Assembly: GCA_030390025.1 (NCBI GenBank)
Contig: CM059432.1
Location: 152,336,001-152,400,000, forward strand
Direction of reading: 5' to 3'
Source: Squalus acanthias
Lineage: Eukaryota
DNA length: 64,000 nt
Position numbers and translations under genes: made by a program. The notes beneath the pieces were generated by a model, which did no database searches, had not been told where the DNA came from, and worked only from the letters and a program-made list of their open reading frames with translations. Of this stretch, positions 24,988-36,949 are shown piece by piece; the stretch's first letter is position 1; every line of letters starts with the position of its first letter.

Positions 24988-26335
24988 TCTGCTCCAAGGA
25001 GAACTACCCCAGCTTCTCCACATAACTGAAGACCCTCATTCCTGGTACCATTCTAGTAAATCTCTTCTGCACCCGCTCTAAGGCCAGAACATCCTTGCTA
25101 AAATGTGTGGTTTCCAAAATTGAACACAGTACTCCAGCGGAGGCCTTACCAGTGTTTCATAAAGGTTTAGCAAAACTTCCTTGCTTTTGTACTCCATTCC
25201 TCTATTAATAAAGCCAAGGATCCCATGTGATTTTTTAAACAGCCTTCTCAACTAGTCCTGCCACCTTCAAAGATTTGTGTACACACATTGATGTCTTTCT
25301 GTTCCTGCACCCCCTTTAAAATAGTACCATTAGTTTATATTGCCTCTCCTCATTCTTCCTACCAAAATGCATCACTTCACACTGCTCTGCATTAAATTTC
25401 ATCTGCCACGTGTCTGCCCATTTCACCAGTCTGCTACTTCCTGTTCACTATTTACTACATTTACAAATTTCATGCCATCTGCAAACTTTGAAATTATGCC
25501 CTTTATACCCAAGACCAAGTAATTAATATACATCAAAAGAGCAATGGTCCCAATACCAACCCCTGGGGACCACCACTGTATACTGCCCTTCAGTCTGAAA
25601 AACAACTGTTCACCACCACACTCTGCTTTCTGTCCTTTAGTCAATTTCATATCTATGTTGCCACTGTCCCTTTAATCCCATTAATTTTGCCAACAAGTCT
25701 ATTATGTGGTATTTTATCAAACACCTTTTGAAAGTTCATATACACATCAACCACACTACCCTCATCAACCCTCTCCATTACTTCAAATAACTCAATCAAG
25801 TTAGTCAAACACTATTTGCCTTTAACAAATCCATGCTGGCTTTCATTTATTAGCCCTTATTTTCCAAGTGTCAATTAATTTTGACCCGGATTATTGTCTC
25901 CAATAGTTTCCCCACCACAGACGCTGGGCTGGCCTGTGCTAACCTTTTAAGTACCTCTTCTATTTTTATTCTATCCAATATTGCTACTACCTCCTCCTTT
26001 ATTGCTACATTGGCAGCATCCTCTTCTCTAGTGAAGACAGGTGCAATGTACTCATTTAGTACCTCAGCCATGCCCTCTGCCTCCACAAGATGATCTCCTT
26101 TACAGTTCCTGAGACACCATCCTTCCACCATTTATATGCTTATAAAAGACTTTTGGGTTCCCTTATGTTACCCGCTAATCTATTCTCATACTCTCTCCGT
26201 CCCTTTTGATCTCCTCTGTACTTTCTGTATTCAACTTGGTTCTCTACTGTATTATGAACCTTACATTTGTCATAAGCTTCCTTTTTCTCTTTTGGTTTAG
26301 TCACTATATCATTAGTAATCCAGGGAGCTCTAGCT
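24988..26335 (-). mobile_element. Old CR1 fragment (resumes at 30721-30770 after the full-length CR1 insertion)
   Basis: ISKFADGMK, VVGKLLETIIR; gagctctagct|...|tggatgcc is contiguous in the related copy at ~51565-51590. Confidence 0.8.
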
Positions 26336-27006
26336 CAGCATTATAAATAAGGGACGCTAGAGTGCAGTTTGTCATGGAGTGCAGATCGGAACAGAGTGTT
26401 AAGCTGCGAGTTTGGTGAGTGAGGGAGTTCAGGGAGGGAGGTGTTCCTTTCTTTTTCTTTTTCCATCTTTGTCAGCTTCCAGGAGAGCAGGAGCTAAAAA
26501 GCTGCACAAGAGGGGACAGAGAACCAGCGGTGAGTATTTCTACAGTATTTCTACATTCCAGTCATTAAAGTAAAAGTAAGGTCTCTAGTTTAGAGTAAGT
26601 AGTGTTTAAAGGGAAGTAAGGTCCCTAGTGTATTTAATATTCTTTAATTTAAAGGGAGTAAATTAAGGGTAGGACATGGCAGGCAGCTCGGCAACGTGGA
26701 GTGCTCCTCCTGTGCTATGTTGGAAGTCAGGGACACTTTAGGTGTCCAGGGCGAACACATGTGCAGGAAGTGTCTCCAGCTGCAGCTACTCGAAATCCGC
26801 GTTTCGGAGCGGGAGCTGCGACTGGAGTCACTGTGGAGCATCCGCGAAGCTGAGATCTTCGTGGATAGCACGTTTAACAAGGTGGTCAAATCGCAGGTAA
26901 AGAGTGCACAGGCAGACGGAATGGGTGACCACCAGACAGAGTAAAAGAACTAGGAAGGTAGTGCAGAAGTCCCCCGAGTCAATCTCCCTCTGACAGATTT
27001 TCCATT

Positions 27007-27627
27007 TTGGATACTGATGGGGGAGATGGTTTCTCAGGGGAATGCAGCAAGAGCCAAGTCCGTGGCACTACAAGTGACTCAGCTGCACAGGAGGGGAGGA
27101 AAAAGAGTGGGAGAGCAATAGTGATAGGGGATTCTATCGTAAGGGGAACAGATAGACGTTTCTGTGGCCGCAGACGTGACTCCAGGATGGTATGTTGCCT
27201 CCCTGGTGCCAGGGTCAAGGATGTCACTGAATGGCTGCAGGGCATTCTGAAGGGGGAGGGCGAACAGTCAGAGGTCGTGGTTCACATTGGTACCAACGAC
27301 ATGGGTAGAAAGAGGGATGAGGTCCTGCAACAAGAATTTAGGGAGCTAGGTAGCAGATTAAAAAGCAGGTCCTCAAAGGTTGTAACCTCTGGATTACTCC
27401 CGGTGCCACGTGCTAGTGAGTATAGGAATAGGAGGATAGAGCAGATGAATGCGTGTCTAAAGAGTTGGTGCAGGAGGGAAGGCTTTAGTTTCCTGGATCA
27501 CTGGGTCTGCTTCTGGGGAAGGTGGGACCTGTACAAGTCGAACGGGTTGCACCTGAACCGGAACGGGACCAACAGCCTTGCGGGGAGGTTTGCTAGTACT
27601 GTTGGGGAGGGGGGGGGTTTAAACTAA
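27007..27627 (+). pseudogene. CR1 ORF1p SGNH/GDSL esterase-like domain
   Basis: IVIGDSIVRG, PGARV, VVVHIGTND and (N)GLHLN blocks; frameshifted relative to the upstream zinc-finger part. Confidence 0.88.
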
Positions 27628-27796
27628 CTTGGCAGGGGGATGGGATACGGAGTGGAGCAATAGTAGGGGGCGATGCACGGCCAAATATAGAGGAAAAAAC
27701 AAGTCAGCCTGGAAGGCAGAGCAAATATGTAACGGCACAAGGGAGTATGGCAAGGCTGGATGGCATTTATTTTAATGCAAGGAGTCTTGTGAGTAA

Positions 27797-27878
27797 AAAA
27801 AATGTCACACAACACCAGGTTATAGTCCAACAGTTTTATTTGAAATCACGAGCTTTCGGAGCGCTGCTCCTTCGTCAG
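27797..27878 (-). mobile_element. PLE family A terminal-repeat insertion inside CR1, 13-bp TSD gtcttgYgagtaa
   Basis: TSDs at 27784-27796 and 27879-27891; empty site in the sister copy near 58259; contains the hammerhead core CUGACGA..GAAAGCUC with stem I truncated. Confidence 0.88.
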
Positions 27879-30800
27879 GTCTTGCGAGTAAGGCAGATGA
27901 ATTGAAGGTGTTGATGAACACATGGGAGTATGATATTGTTGCTATCACAGAGACATGGTTGAGGGAGGGGCAGGACTGGCAGCTCAATATTCCTGGGTAT
28001 AGAATCTTCAGGCGAGACAGAAGTGGGTGTAAAAGAGGAGGGGGTGTCGCAATATTAATCAAGGAGTCAATTACTGCTGTAAGGAGGGATGATATCTTAG
28101 CAGGTTCCTCTCATGAGGCCATATGGGTAGAACTCAAAAACAAAAAGGGGGCAAGCACTTTGCTGGGAGTGTACTATAGGCCCCCAAACAGTCAGGGGGA
28201 GATAGAGGAACAGATATGTAGGCAAATCTCAGAGAAGTGTAGAAATAATAGGGTAATAGTAGGGGATTTTAACTTCCCCAATATTAACTGGGATAGTCAG
28301 AGTGTGAAAGGCTTAGAGGGTGCGGAATTCTTAAAGTGCATCCAGGAGAGCTTTTTGAGCCAGCATGTAGAAAGTCCTACAAGAGAGGGGACGGTACTGG
28401 ACCTAATTCTAGGGAATGTAGCCGGGCAAGTGGTAGAAGTGTTAGGAGAGCATTTTGGTGACAGTGACCATAATTCGGTGAGATTTAAGGTAGTCATAGA
28501 AAAGGACAAAGATGGACCGGAAATAAAGGTTCTAAATTGGGGGAAGGCTGATTTTAATATGATAAGGCAGGATCTGGCCAAAGTGGATTGGGATTAGCTA
28601 CTTGCAGGAAAATCCACATCAGAGCAGTGGGAGTCTTTCAGAAAGGAAATAGAGAGTACAACGGCAACATGTTCCCGTAAAGGTCAAGGGTGGGACCAAC
28701 AACTCCAGGGAACCCTGGATGTCAAGGGATATACGAGAATGGATTAGGAAAAAAGGGGAGGCTTTTGGCAGATACAAAGGACTAAAAACAGTGGAAGCCC
28801 TAGAGGAGCATAGAAAGTGCAGGGGGATACTTAAAAAAGAAATTAGGAGAGCGAAGAGGGGGCATGAAATAACACTGGCGGGCAAAATAAAGGAAAATCC
28901 CAAGGTGTTTTATAAATATATTAAGGGCAAGAGGATAACCAAGGAAAGAGTAGGGCCCATTAGGGACCAAAGTGGCAATCTGTGTGTAGAGCCGGAAGAT
29001 GTGGGTGAGGTTTTAAATTAATATTTTGCATCTGTGTTCACTATGGAGAAGGACGATGTAGGCTTAGAAATCAGGCAGGGGGATTGTGATATACTTGAAC
29101 AAATTAGTATTGAGAGGGAGGAGGTAGCGGTTTTAGTGGGCTTAAAAGTGGATAAATCCCCAGGCCCAGACGAGATGCATCCCAGGCTGCTGTGTGAGGC
29201 AAGGGAGGAGATTGCAGGGGCTCTGACACAAATTTTCAGAACCTCTCTGGCCACAGGGGAGGTGCCAGAGGACTGGAGAACAGCTAACGTAGTACCATTA
29301 TTCAGGAAGGGTAGTAGGGATAAACCAGGGAATTACAGGTCAGTGAGCCTAGCATCAGTGGTAGGGAAATTGTTGGAAAAAATTCTGAGGGACAGAATTA
29401 GTCTCCACTTGGAGAGGCAAGGATTAATCAAGGACAGTCAGCATGGCTTTGTCAGGGGGAGATCATGTCTGACCAATTTGATTGAATTTTTCGAGGGGGT
29501 GACTAGGTGTGTGGATGAGGGTAGTACAGTTGATGTGGTATACATGGACTTCAGTAAGGCTTTTGACAAAGTCCCGCATGGGAGACTGGTCAAGAAGGTA
29601 AGAGCCCATGGGATCCAGGGCAACTTGGCACATTGGATCCAAAATTGGCTTAGTGGCAGGAGGCAGAGGGTGATGGTCGAAGGTTGTTTGTGACTGGAAG
29701 CCTGTGTCCAGTGGTGTACCGCAGGGATCGGTGCTGGGTCCTTTGCAGTTTGTGGTGTACATTAATGATTTAGATATGAATGTAGGAGGTATGATCAGTA
29801 AGTTCGTAGATGACACGAAAATTGGTGGGGTGGTAAATAGCGAGGAGGGAAGCCTCAGGCTACAGGACGATATAGTCGGGTTGGTCAGATGGGCAGAACA
29901 GTGGCAAATGGAATTTAACCCTGAAAAGTGTGAGGTGATGCATTTTGGGAGGACTAACAAGGCAAGGGAATACACAATGAATGGTAGGACCCTAGGAAGG
30001 ACAGAGGATCAGAGGGACCTTGGTGTGCATGTACATAGATTCCTGAAGGCAGCAGGACAGGTAGATAAGGTGGTTAAAAAGGCATATGGGATACTTGCCT
30101 TCATTAGCCGAGGCATAGAATATAAGAGCAGGGAGGTTATGATGGAGCTGTACAAAACGCTAGTTAGGCCACAGCTGGAATACTGTGTGCAGTTCTGGTC
30201 GCCACACTATAGGAAGGATGTGATTGCATTGGAGAGGTTGTAGAGGAGATTCACCAGGATGTTACCTGGGCTGCAGCGCTTCAGCTATGAAGAGAGACTG
30301 GACAAGCTGGGGTTGTTTTCCTTCGAGCAGAGAAGGCTGAGGGGGGACCTGATTGAGGTGTACAAAATTATGAGGGGCATAGATAAGAGTAGATAGAAAG
30401 GAACTTTTCCCCTTTGTAGAGGGGTCAATAACCAGGGGGCATAGTTTCAAGGTAAGGGGCAGGAGGTTTAGAGGGGATGTGAGGAAAAACTTTTCCACCC
30501 AGAGGGTGGTTGGAATCTGGAACTCACTGCCTGAAAGGGTGGTAGAGGCAGGAACCCTCAATATTCAGGAAGCATTTAGATGAGCACTTGAAACGCCACA
30601 GCACACAAGGCTACGGACCAAGGGTGCTGGAAAATGGGATTAGAATAAACAGGGCTTGATGGCCGGTGCGGACACGATGGGCCGAAGGGCCTCTTTCTGT
30701 GCTGTATAACTCTATGACTATGGATGCCATTCCTTTCTTCTTTTAGGAATGTGTCTAGTCTGTACCCGAACAGAAAAGGAGGCTTGCATAAACCTTGGAT

Positions 30801-31009
30801 GCAACCGAAGTTGCCATGATGAAAAGGTGAAAGAGACCTACAGGTATTAGTTGATTTGTCACACATTGTTTAAACAGTATAAAGCAGCAATAAACACAAT
30901 AAAATAGGATACAAAAGCAAAATACTGCGGATGCTGGAAATCTGAAATAAAAACAGAAAATGCTGGAAATACTCAGCAGGTCAGGCAGCATCTATGGAGA
31001 GAGAAACAG

Positions 31010-31046
31010 AGTTAACGTTTCAGGTCGATGACCCTTCGTCAGAACT
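31010..31046 (-). ncRNA. Minimal type I hammerhead ribozyme motif (family B)
   Basis: AGUU-CUGACGA-A-GGGUC(AUC)GACCU-GAAA-CG-UU-AACU; palindromic AACGUU stem III. Confidence 0.8.
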
Positions 31047-31158
31047 GGAAAAAGCTGGAAATCGAACAGGTTTTTAAGCAAGTGCAGGGGCAGGGAAAGG
31101 GGGGAGGGGAGGAAAGAACAAAAGGGAAGGTCTGTGATAGGATGGAAGGCAGCAGAGA

Positions 31159-33078
31159 TTGAGACACATTAAGAGATGGTGCAAGGCAAAGGTGCAAGGC
31201 AAAGCCAGAGCGGAAGATTGGGAACAGTTTAAGATAGAGCAAAGGAGGACAAAGGGCTTAATCAAGAGGGGAAAAATAGCTTACGAAAGCAAGCTGGCGG
31301 AAAATATAAAAACTAACTCCAAAAGCTTTTATAAGTATATCAAGAGGAAAAGACTGGTGAAAACCAAAGTTGGCCCATTGCAGTCAGATACGGGGGAATA
31401 TATAACGGGAAATAAGGAAATGGCAGACCAACTAAATGCATACTTTGGGTCAGTCTTTACGAAGGAAGACACAAAAAACCTCCCTGGGATATTGGGGAAA
31501 ATAGGGACATTTGCAAAGGAGGAACTGACGCAAATCAATATCTCTAAGGATATGGTGTTAAGGAAGCTAAAGGGATTGAAGGCGGACAAATCCCCAGGGC
31601 CTGATAACATGCATCCTAGGGTGCTGAAGGAGGTGGCCCTAGAGATAGCGGATGCACTAAGTATCATTTTTCAGAATTCATTAGACTCGGGAACAGTGCC
31701 CATGGATTGGAGGGTAGCTAACGTTACCCCACTATTCAAAAAGGGGGGTAGGGAAAAAGCAGGTAATTACAGACCTGTAAGCCTTACATCAGTTGTGGGC
31801 AAAATGCTGGAGTCCATCATTAAGGATGAAATAGCGGAGCACTTAGCAAATGGGGACAGGATAGGACAGAGTCAACATGGATTTACAAAGGGTAAATCGT
31901 GCTTGACTAATCTATTGGAATTGTTTGAGGGAGTAACTGGTAAAATAGATGGGGGAGAGCCAGTAGATGTGGTGTACCTGGACTTCCAAAAGGCCTTCGA
32001 TAAGGTCCCACATAAAAGATTAGCAGGGAAAATTGAAGCTCATGGGATAAAGGGGAAAGTATTGACGTGGATAGAGAACTGGCTGTCAGATAGAAAACAG
32101 AGAGTTGGAATAAACGGCTCATTTTCTGAATGGCAGGCAGTAACAAGTGGGGTACCACAGGGATCTGTCCTGGGTCCCCAGCTGTTCACAATTTACATTA
32201 ATGACCTGGATCAGGGAGTCGGATGCAGCATTTCCAAATTTGCAGACGACACTAAACTAGGAGGGGGGGTGGGCTCAGAGGAGGAGACCAGGAAGCTCCA
32301 GAGCGATTTGGACAGACTGGGTGATTGGGCGGATAAATGGCAGATGCACTATAATGTGGACAAGTGCGAAGTTATCCACCTTGGGTGCAGGAACGGGAGG
32401 GCAAATTATTATTTAAATGGCAATAAATTGGGAGAGGGGGAAGTACAGAGAGACCTGGGTGTTCTTGTACACCAGTCACTGAAGGCGAGCATGCAGGTGC
32501 AACAGGCGGTCAAGAAGGCAAACGGTATGCTGGCCTTCATAGCAAAAGGGTTGGAATACAGGAACAGGGATACCTTGCTGCAGCTGTACAGGGCACTGGT
32601 GAGACCACACCTCGAGTACTGTGTACAGTTTTGGTCGCCTCATCTGAGGAAAGATGTTCTTGCCATGGAGGGGGTGCAGCGGCGATTCACCAGGCTGATA
32701 CCAGGAATGGCGGGATTGACCTATGAGGAGAGACTATGTAGTTTAGGGATGTACACACTGGAGTTTAGAAGATTGAGAGGGGACCTCATAGAAGTGTATA
32801 AAATTCTGACAGGTCTAGACAGGCTAGATGCAGAAGGAATGTTTCCCTTGGCGGGTAAGAACAGAACTAGAGGACATAATTTAAGGATAAGGGCTAAACC
32901 ATTTAGGACAGAAATGAGGGGGAATTTCTTCACTCAGAGGGTGGTGAACCTGTGGAACTCATTGCCACAGAGGGCAGTGTACGCCAGCTCATTAAATATA
33001 TTTAAGAGGGAATTAGATATATTTCTACAGGCAAAAGGGGTTAAGGGTTACGGAGAGAAGGCGGGGACGGGATACTGA
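31159..33078 (+). CDS. Uninterrupted RT plus C-terminal part of CR1 ORF2 from a very young 5'-truncated copy (element ~31195-33181; the first ~12 codons come from flanking PLE sequence)
   Basis: 639 codons without a stop; KSPGPD, NYRPVSLTS, QHGF, FADD; lacks the APE domain, so it is not autonomous. Confidence 0.9.
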   Translation: MRHIKRWCKAKVQGKARAEDWEQFKIEQRRTKGLIKRGKIAYESKLAENIKTNSKSFYKYIKRKRLVKTKVGPLQSDTGEYITGNKEMADQLNAYFGSVFTKEDTKNLPGILGKIGTFAKEELTQINISKDMVLRKLKGLKADKSPGPDNMHPRVLKEVALEIADALSIIFQNSLDSGTVPMDWRVANVTPLFKKGGREKAGNYRPVSLTSVVGKMLESIIKDEIAEHLANGDRIGQSQHGFTKGKSCLTNLLELFEGVTGKIDGGEPVDVVYLDFQKAFDKVPHKRLAGKIEAHGIKGKVLTWIENWLSDRKQRVGINGSFSEWQAVTSGVPQGSVLGPQLFTIYINDLDQGVGCSISKFADDTKLGGGVGSEEETRKLQSDLDRLGDWADKWQMHYNVDKCEVIHLGCRNGRANYYLNGNKLGEGEVQRDLGVLVHQSLKASMQVQQAVKKANGMLAFIAKGLEYRNRDTLLQLYRALVRPHLEYCVQFWSPHLRKDVLAMEGVQRRFTRLIPGMAGLTYEERLCSLGMYTLEFRRLRGDLIEVYKILTGLDRLDAEGMFPLAGKNRTRGHNLRIRAKPFRTEMRGNFFTQRVVNLWNSLPQRAVYASSLNIFKRELDIFLQAKGVKGYGEKAGTGY

Positions 33079-33280
33079 ATTGGAGGATCAGCCATGATCT
33101 CATTAAATGGCGGAGCAGGCTCGAAGGGCCGGATGGCCTACTCCTGCTCCTATCTTCTATGTATCTATGTATGTATCTATGTAATGGGACAAGTTAAGAA
33201 ACAAAAGATGGCTCTAGATGGAAGGCAGGAGTTCCCTGCCCCTGCACTGTTAAAAACCTGTTCGATCTCCAGCTTTTTCC

Positions 33281-33317
33281 AGTTCTGACGAAGGGTCACC
33301 GACCTGAAACGTTAACT
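33281..33317 (+). ncRNA. Minimal type I hammerhead ribozyme motif (family B, second arm)
   Basis: AGUU-CUGACGA-A-GGGUC(ACC)GACCU-GAAA-CG-UU-AACU; differs from the first arm only in loop 2. Confidence 0.8.
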
Positions 33318-33429
33318 CTGTTTCTCTCTCTCCACAGATGCTGCCTGACCTAAGTATTTCCAGCAATTTCTGCTTTTATTTTTAATAAAATAGGATGCTG
33401 GGTTACATTGCTAAATTAATTGAGTTCAA

Positions 33430-34630
33430 GTTCCCAGAAGAGTTCACGCCAGTTACCCTGTGCCTGGTCAGGTCACTGGGTACACTGCATATAGTTCTGG
33501 TCTGCATGACTTAAAAGGGACAATACAAACACTAGAGGAAATGCAGTGGAGAGCAAAGAGGCTGACCCTGGTGTTAGAGGAATGACTGGATAAAAATCAG
33601 GCTTTTTATCCTCAGAAATAGACATCTTATAAGTAATTTTATAGAGGTATATACACGTTACTCAAAAATGATAGAAAAGGTGAACCCAGAACAATACTTT
33701 CAAGTACACCAGTTTAGCAGCACAAGCAGGCACAGATTCAGGATAGAGAAGCAAGAATTTAGAACAGAGGCCGAAATATTTCTTTAAACATAGGTTGAAC
33801 ATAGATGCAGGGCAAATAGCGTTCAATCTGGGGCAGTGTGAAATGATGCACTTTGGGAGGACTAATATGGAAAGATAGTATACTATAAATGGCACAATTT
33901 TTAAAAGTGTAGATGAGCAGACAGACCTTGGTGTTTCTTAGACACAAATCCTTAAAAGGTGGCAGGGCAAGTTGATAAGGTGGTTTAAAAAAGCAAATGG
34001 TTACTTGGGCTTATAAATGGAGGAATAGAATATAAAAGCAAGAGATCATGCTAGAACTTTATAAATCACTGGTTCGGCCTCAACTGGAGTATTGTGGACA
34101 GTTCTGGGGACCACACTTCAGGAAAGATGTAAAGGCATTTGAAAGGGTACAGAGGAAGTTTACCAGGATGTGGACAGGGATGAGGGACTTCAGTTATGAG
34201 GAGAGGTTGGAAAAGGTTAGGACTGTTCTCCTTGGAACAGAGAAAGTTAAGAGGTAACCTAATAGAGGTTCTCAAGATGATGAGAGGTTTCCATAGAGTA
34301 GATAGGGAAATAATATTCCCTCTGGCGAGTGTGTCAATAACTAGAAATCATAGATTCAAAATCATTGGAAAAAGATCTAAAGGGGAGATGAGATTTTTTT
34401 CCCCCCCACTCAGTTGTCGGGATCTGTAACGTTCTACCTGAAAAGGTGGTGGAAGCGGATTCCATAAATAATTTTATAAGGGAATTGGACAGGTTGTTGA
34501 GGATGAGGAACTTACAGGGTTACGGACAAAATGCGAGGATGTGGGACTAAGCACAACTGCTATTTCAGAACCAGCACAGGCACGACGGGCCGAATGGCCT
34601 CCTTCTGTGCTGCAAGTTTCTATGATTCTA
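33430..34630 (+). mobile_element. Old CR1 3' fragments (two adjacent)
   Basis: LYKSLVRPQLEYCGQFWGPHFRKDV; tail gggccgaatggcctccttctgtgctg..tttctatgattcta. Confidence 0.8.
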
Positions 34631-35167
34631 ACAACTTTCTGTTGCTGATCGTCAAGGGGGGGGGGTGAACGAGGCCAGGACACTGACAGCTAGATGCTAA
34701 AACAGGCTGAACGGCCCTTCTTCATATGAATCTACCTTGTGATAAAGAACAGTCCAAAACATGTGTTGTTGCCCCCACCCCCCAAAAAAAGTTTTATTTG
34801 CTCCTTGTGCATACACCTGCCTCATCAGTTTTATTCTCAATAGATATCCACAAGCTGCACTGATTATTTGTTCAAGATAGCCAATTAGCTTTGAGACTAA
34901 TTCTTTACCCCAACATCAAAATAGCTATTTGGTATACAAATCCAGATGTCTGCCTCGAGAGAATTGAGATAGCATGGCTGTAGGCTTGAAGAACTACCTC
35001 AAGAGCTTCTTTATGACAGTCTTTGGAGAGCAACTTAATTCTATATTTGTGGGAGGATGATCAATATTTGGTATTGGCCGATACCTCTGATAAAGCACCA
35101 ACTGATTATTCTAATTGCAGAAGCAACTGCACATGGTCTGTGCTCGAGAAAACGATAACCCCACGAC

Positions 35168-35877
35168 TGGCCCAAAGTTTGTCAAAATAACGGCGAGGTA
35201 AATTTATATGCAAATGCCACAGCAACTTTAGAGGGCAGATACACTATTAAACAAGGAAATCGAAAAGTTGCTGTCGGAGATGCGCAACTAAGCTGTTAGC
35301 TTCACGAAAATGACATTGCCCTGTCTGTGTCGCCACTCAAATACATTGAGCAGCGTGAAGTTTCTGTATTTGTGTGGTAGATACGAACTAAACGCACCAC
35401 AGAAAGTTAAGTCAAGTAATTTCAAGTCTAAGTAACCTTTTAATGACATATGTTAATTATCGCCAGTCAACCTCTGGCACTGAAAATTAATTATTACAAG
35501 CGTGGAGTCTCATTCCTTCAGGTTTTAATTGTTAATTTTTTTTAAATTTAAAATTGAAACTTTGTCTCTTTTCCCCTCAATTCAATTTTTGTTTCCTTCT
35601 ATTTCTCTTTCTGTACCTGGTGTGACATTGAATTCACTTCCTTCTCAGTCCTTGTGCTGTTAATTTTGCAATGCTTCAATATGATTGGTTAAGGAGATAC
35701 ACAGTTGGTTGCCCTGTTCACTCAGATCCCAGATGCCCAAGAGAGGGCACAGCACTGTTTCCATCTCACACTTCCAGCAACTTGCAACATAAAATATCGT
35801 TGACATTAAACGGACAAGAGCAAGTCTAACTAACAGTGGGTGCCATTCATTGCACTGCTACAGAAAATTTTGGGCCA
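35168..35877. mobile_element. MITE-like element related to 16665-17448
   Basis: Ends tggcccaaagttt / aattttgggcca; shared internal blocks tatttctctttctgtacctg and ttaaggaga...ctgttcact. Confidence 0.6.
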
Positions 35878-36949
35878 TTGTGTTGATCAACAATCTAGCT
35901 GCTTTAGCTAAATCCCTCTATCAGGATGGTCAATGTTAATACTGAATAACCTTTAGGTTGGCAAGCTTTGTAACTGAAGCTGAAGCATGTCACTCTGGCA
36001 ACTGCGCTTAAATACTTTTCTTCTTAGAGAGGAGTGTGGACATCATTCACTCAGTGCATCTTTTAACTGTCACTCCCACAAGCACTTTGTAAGCATGCCC
36101 CACCTCAACTTATTTCCCTCCCAGACTTGCAGTTGGAAGGATGTTTCCTTAAGATTGCAGTACTCAAGACCTTAAGGAAGCCACTTAAATATTCTTAGAG
36201 TGGATAACTTTAGATAGAAAGGGAGTGGTGTCAAACTCTTCTGCTGGTCTTTGAACAAGCTCAGACCTTTGAAAGCCATGTGAGCATAAAGAGGTGGAAA
36301 ATCCACAACCATTAGTGCAAATGTTAAATCATAGGAAAAGCATGAACCAGAGACGAAAGCTACTCAACAAAATAGGAACAAAACTAACGAGCTGAAGCAC
36401 ATGGGTAGCTGGTAAAACCATTAACTTCACTCGTCTTTCAATACTATTACTTTCAGAAATGTTTCTACGTCGCTAATTTACAAAGACTTGAAAGAAAAGC
36501 AGTAGAAAATGGAATTCAAATGTGCTCTGGAGCCAGGTGATGGAGTTGAACTGAGAAAGCACCTACCCAAGATAAAGATTTTAAAAAGAAATGTTCTTGG
36601 TTGCCTTTCCTTTAATTAATGCCAACACATCTTTTTAAAATTGAGTTCAAAGTGACGGATGTTGGTGCTATAGAAATGGAACACTTTCCTATTTCAGGCA
36701 TCCAACTTGAGCATGAAGTACTCTCAAGATTCAGAGTTGTTGATGCTCCACTTGGGTACGTGAAATAGAAAGGCTCAGCCAGCTGCAAAGTTAGATTCCT
36801 TAATTCTGGCCTAATCTAAAAACAAACTCACTTGTAACAATGTGTTGTCCCCCTCCAGCCATCTTTGTCGCTCATGGAGACTGCCAATTTTTAGTACCCA
36901 ATTAGAGGCATCATTGCGTGCATCCACCTCTCCTACCACTGGCTGTTAA

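Larger units (their letters stand above)
26336..30720 (+). mobile_element. Full-length but decayed CR1 LINE (5' UTR, ORF1 zinc-finger/leucine-zipper plus esterase, ORF2 APE-RT, 3' tail)
   Basis: ORF1 pieces 26696..26944 (CSSC..HMCRKC, heptad leucines) and 27007..27627; APE 27902..28597 (DIVAITETWL, GDFN, SDHN); RT 29034..30243; tail ctctatgacta. Confidence 0.95.
30911..33383. mobile_element. PLE family B fold-back insertion (inverted arms ~30935-31096 and ~33233-33383), 13-bp TSD aataaaataggat, later interrupted by a young CR1
   Basis: TSDs at 30898-30910 and 33384-33396; the arms are reverse complements; each carries a hammerhead motif. No ORF links this family to a PLE within the window. 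Confidence 0.85.

Noticed and set aside
27007..27627. Stand-alone or horizontally acquired SGNH esterase gene
   Set aside because: It sits in the ORF1 position of a CR1 element, where an esterase domain is a known feature.
31159..33078. Active or domesticated reverse transcriptase gene
   Set aside because: 5'-truncated, with no endonuclease or promoter; the open frame is explained by recent insertion.
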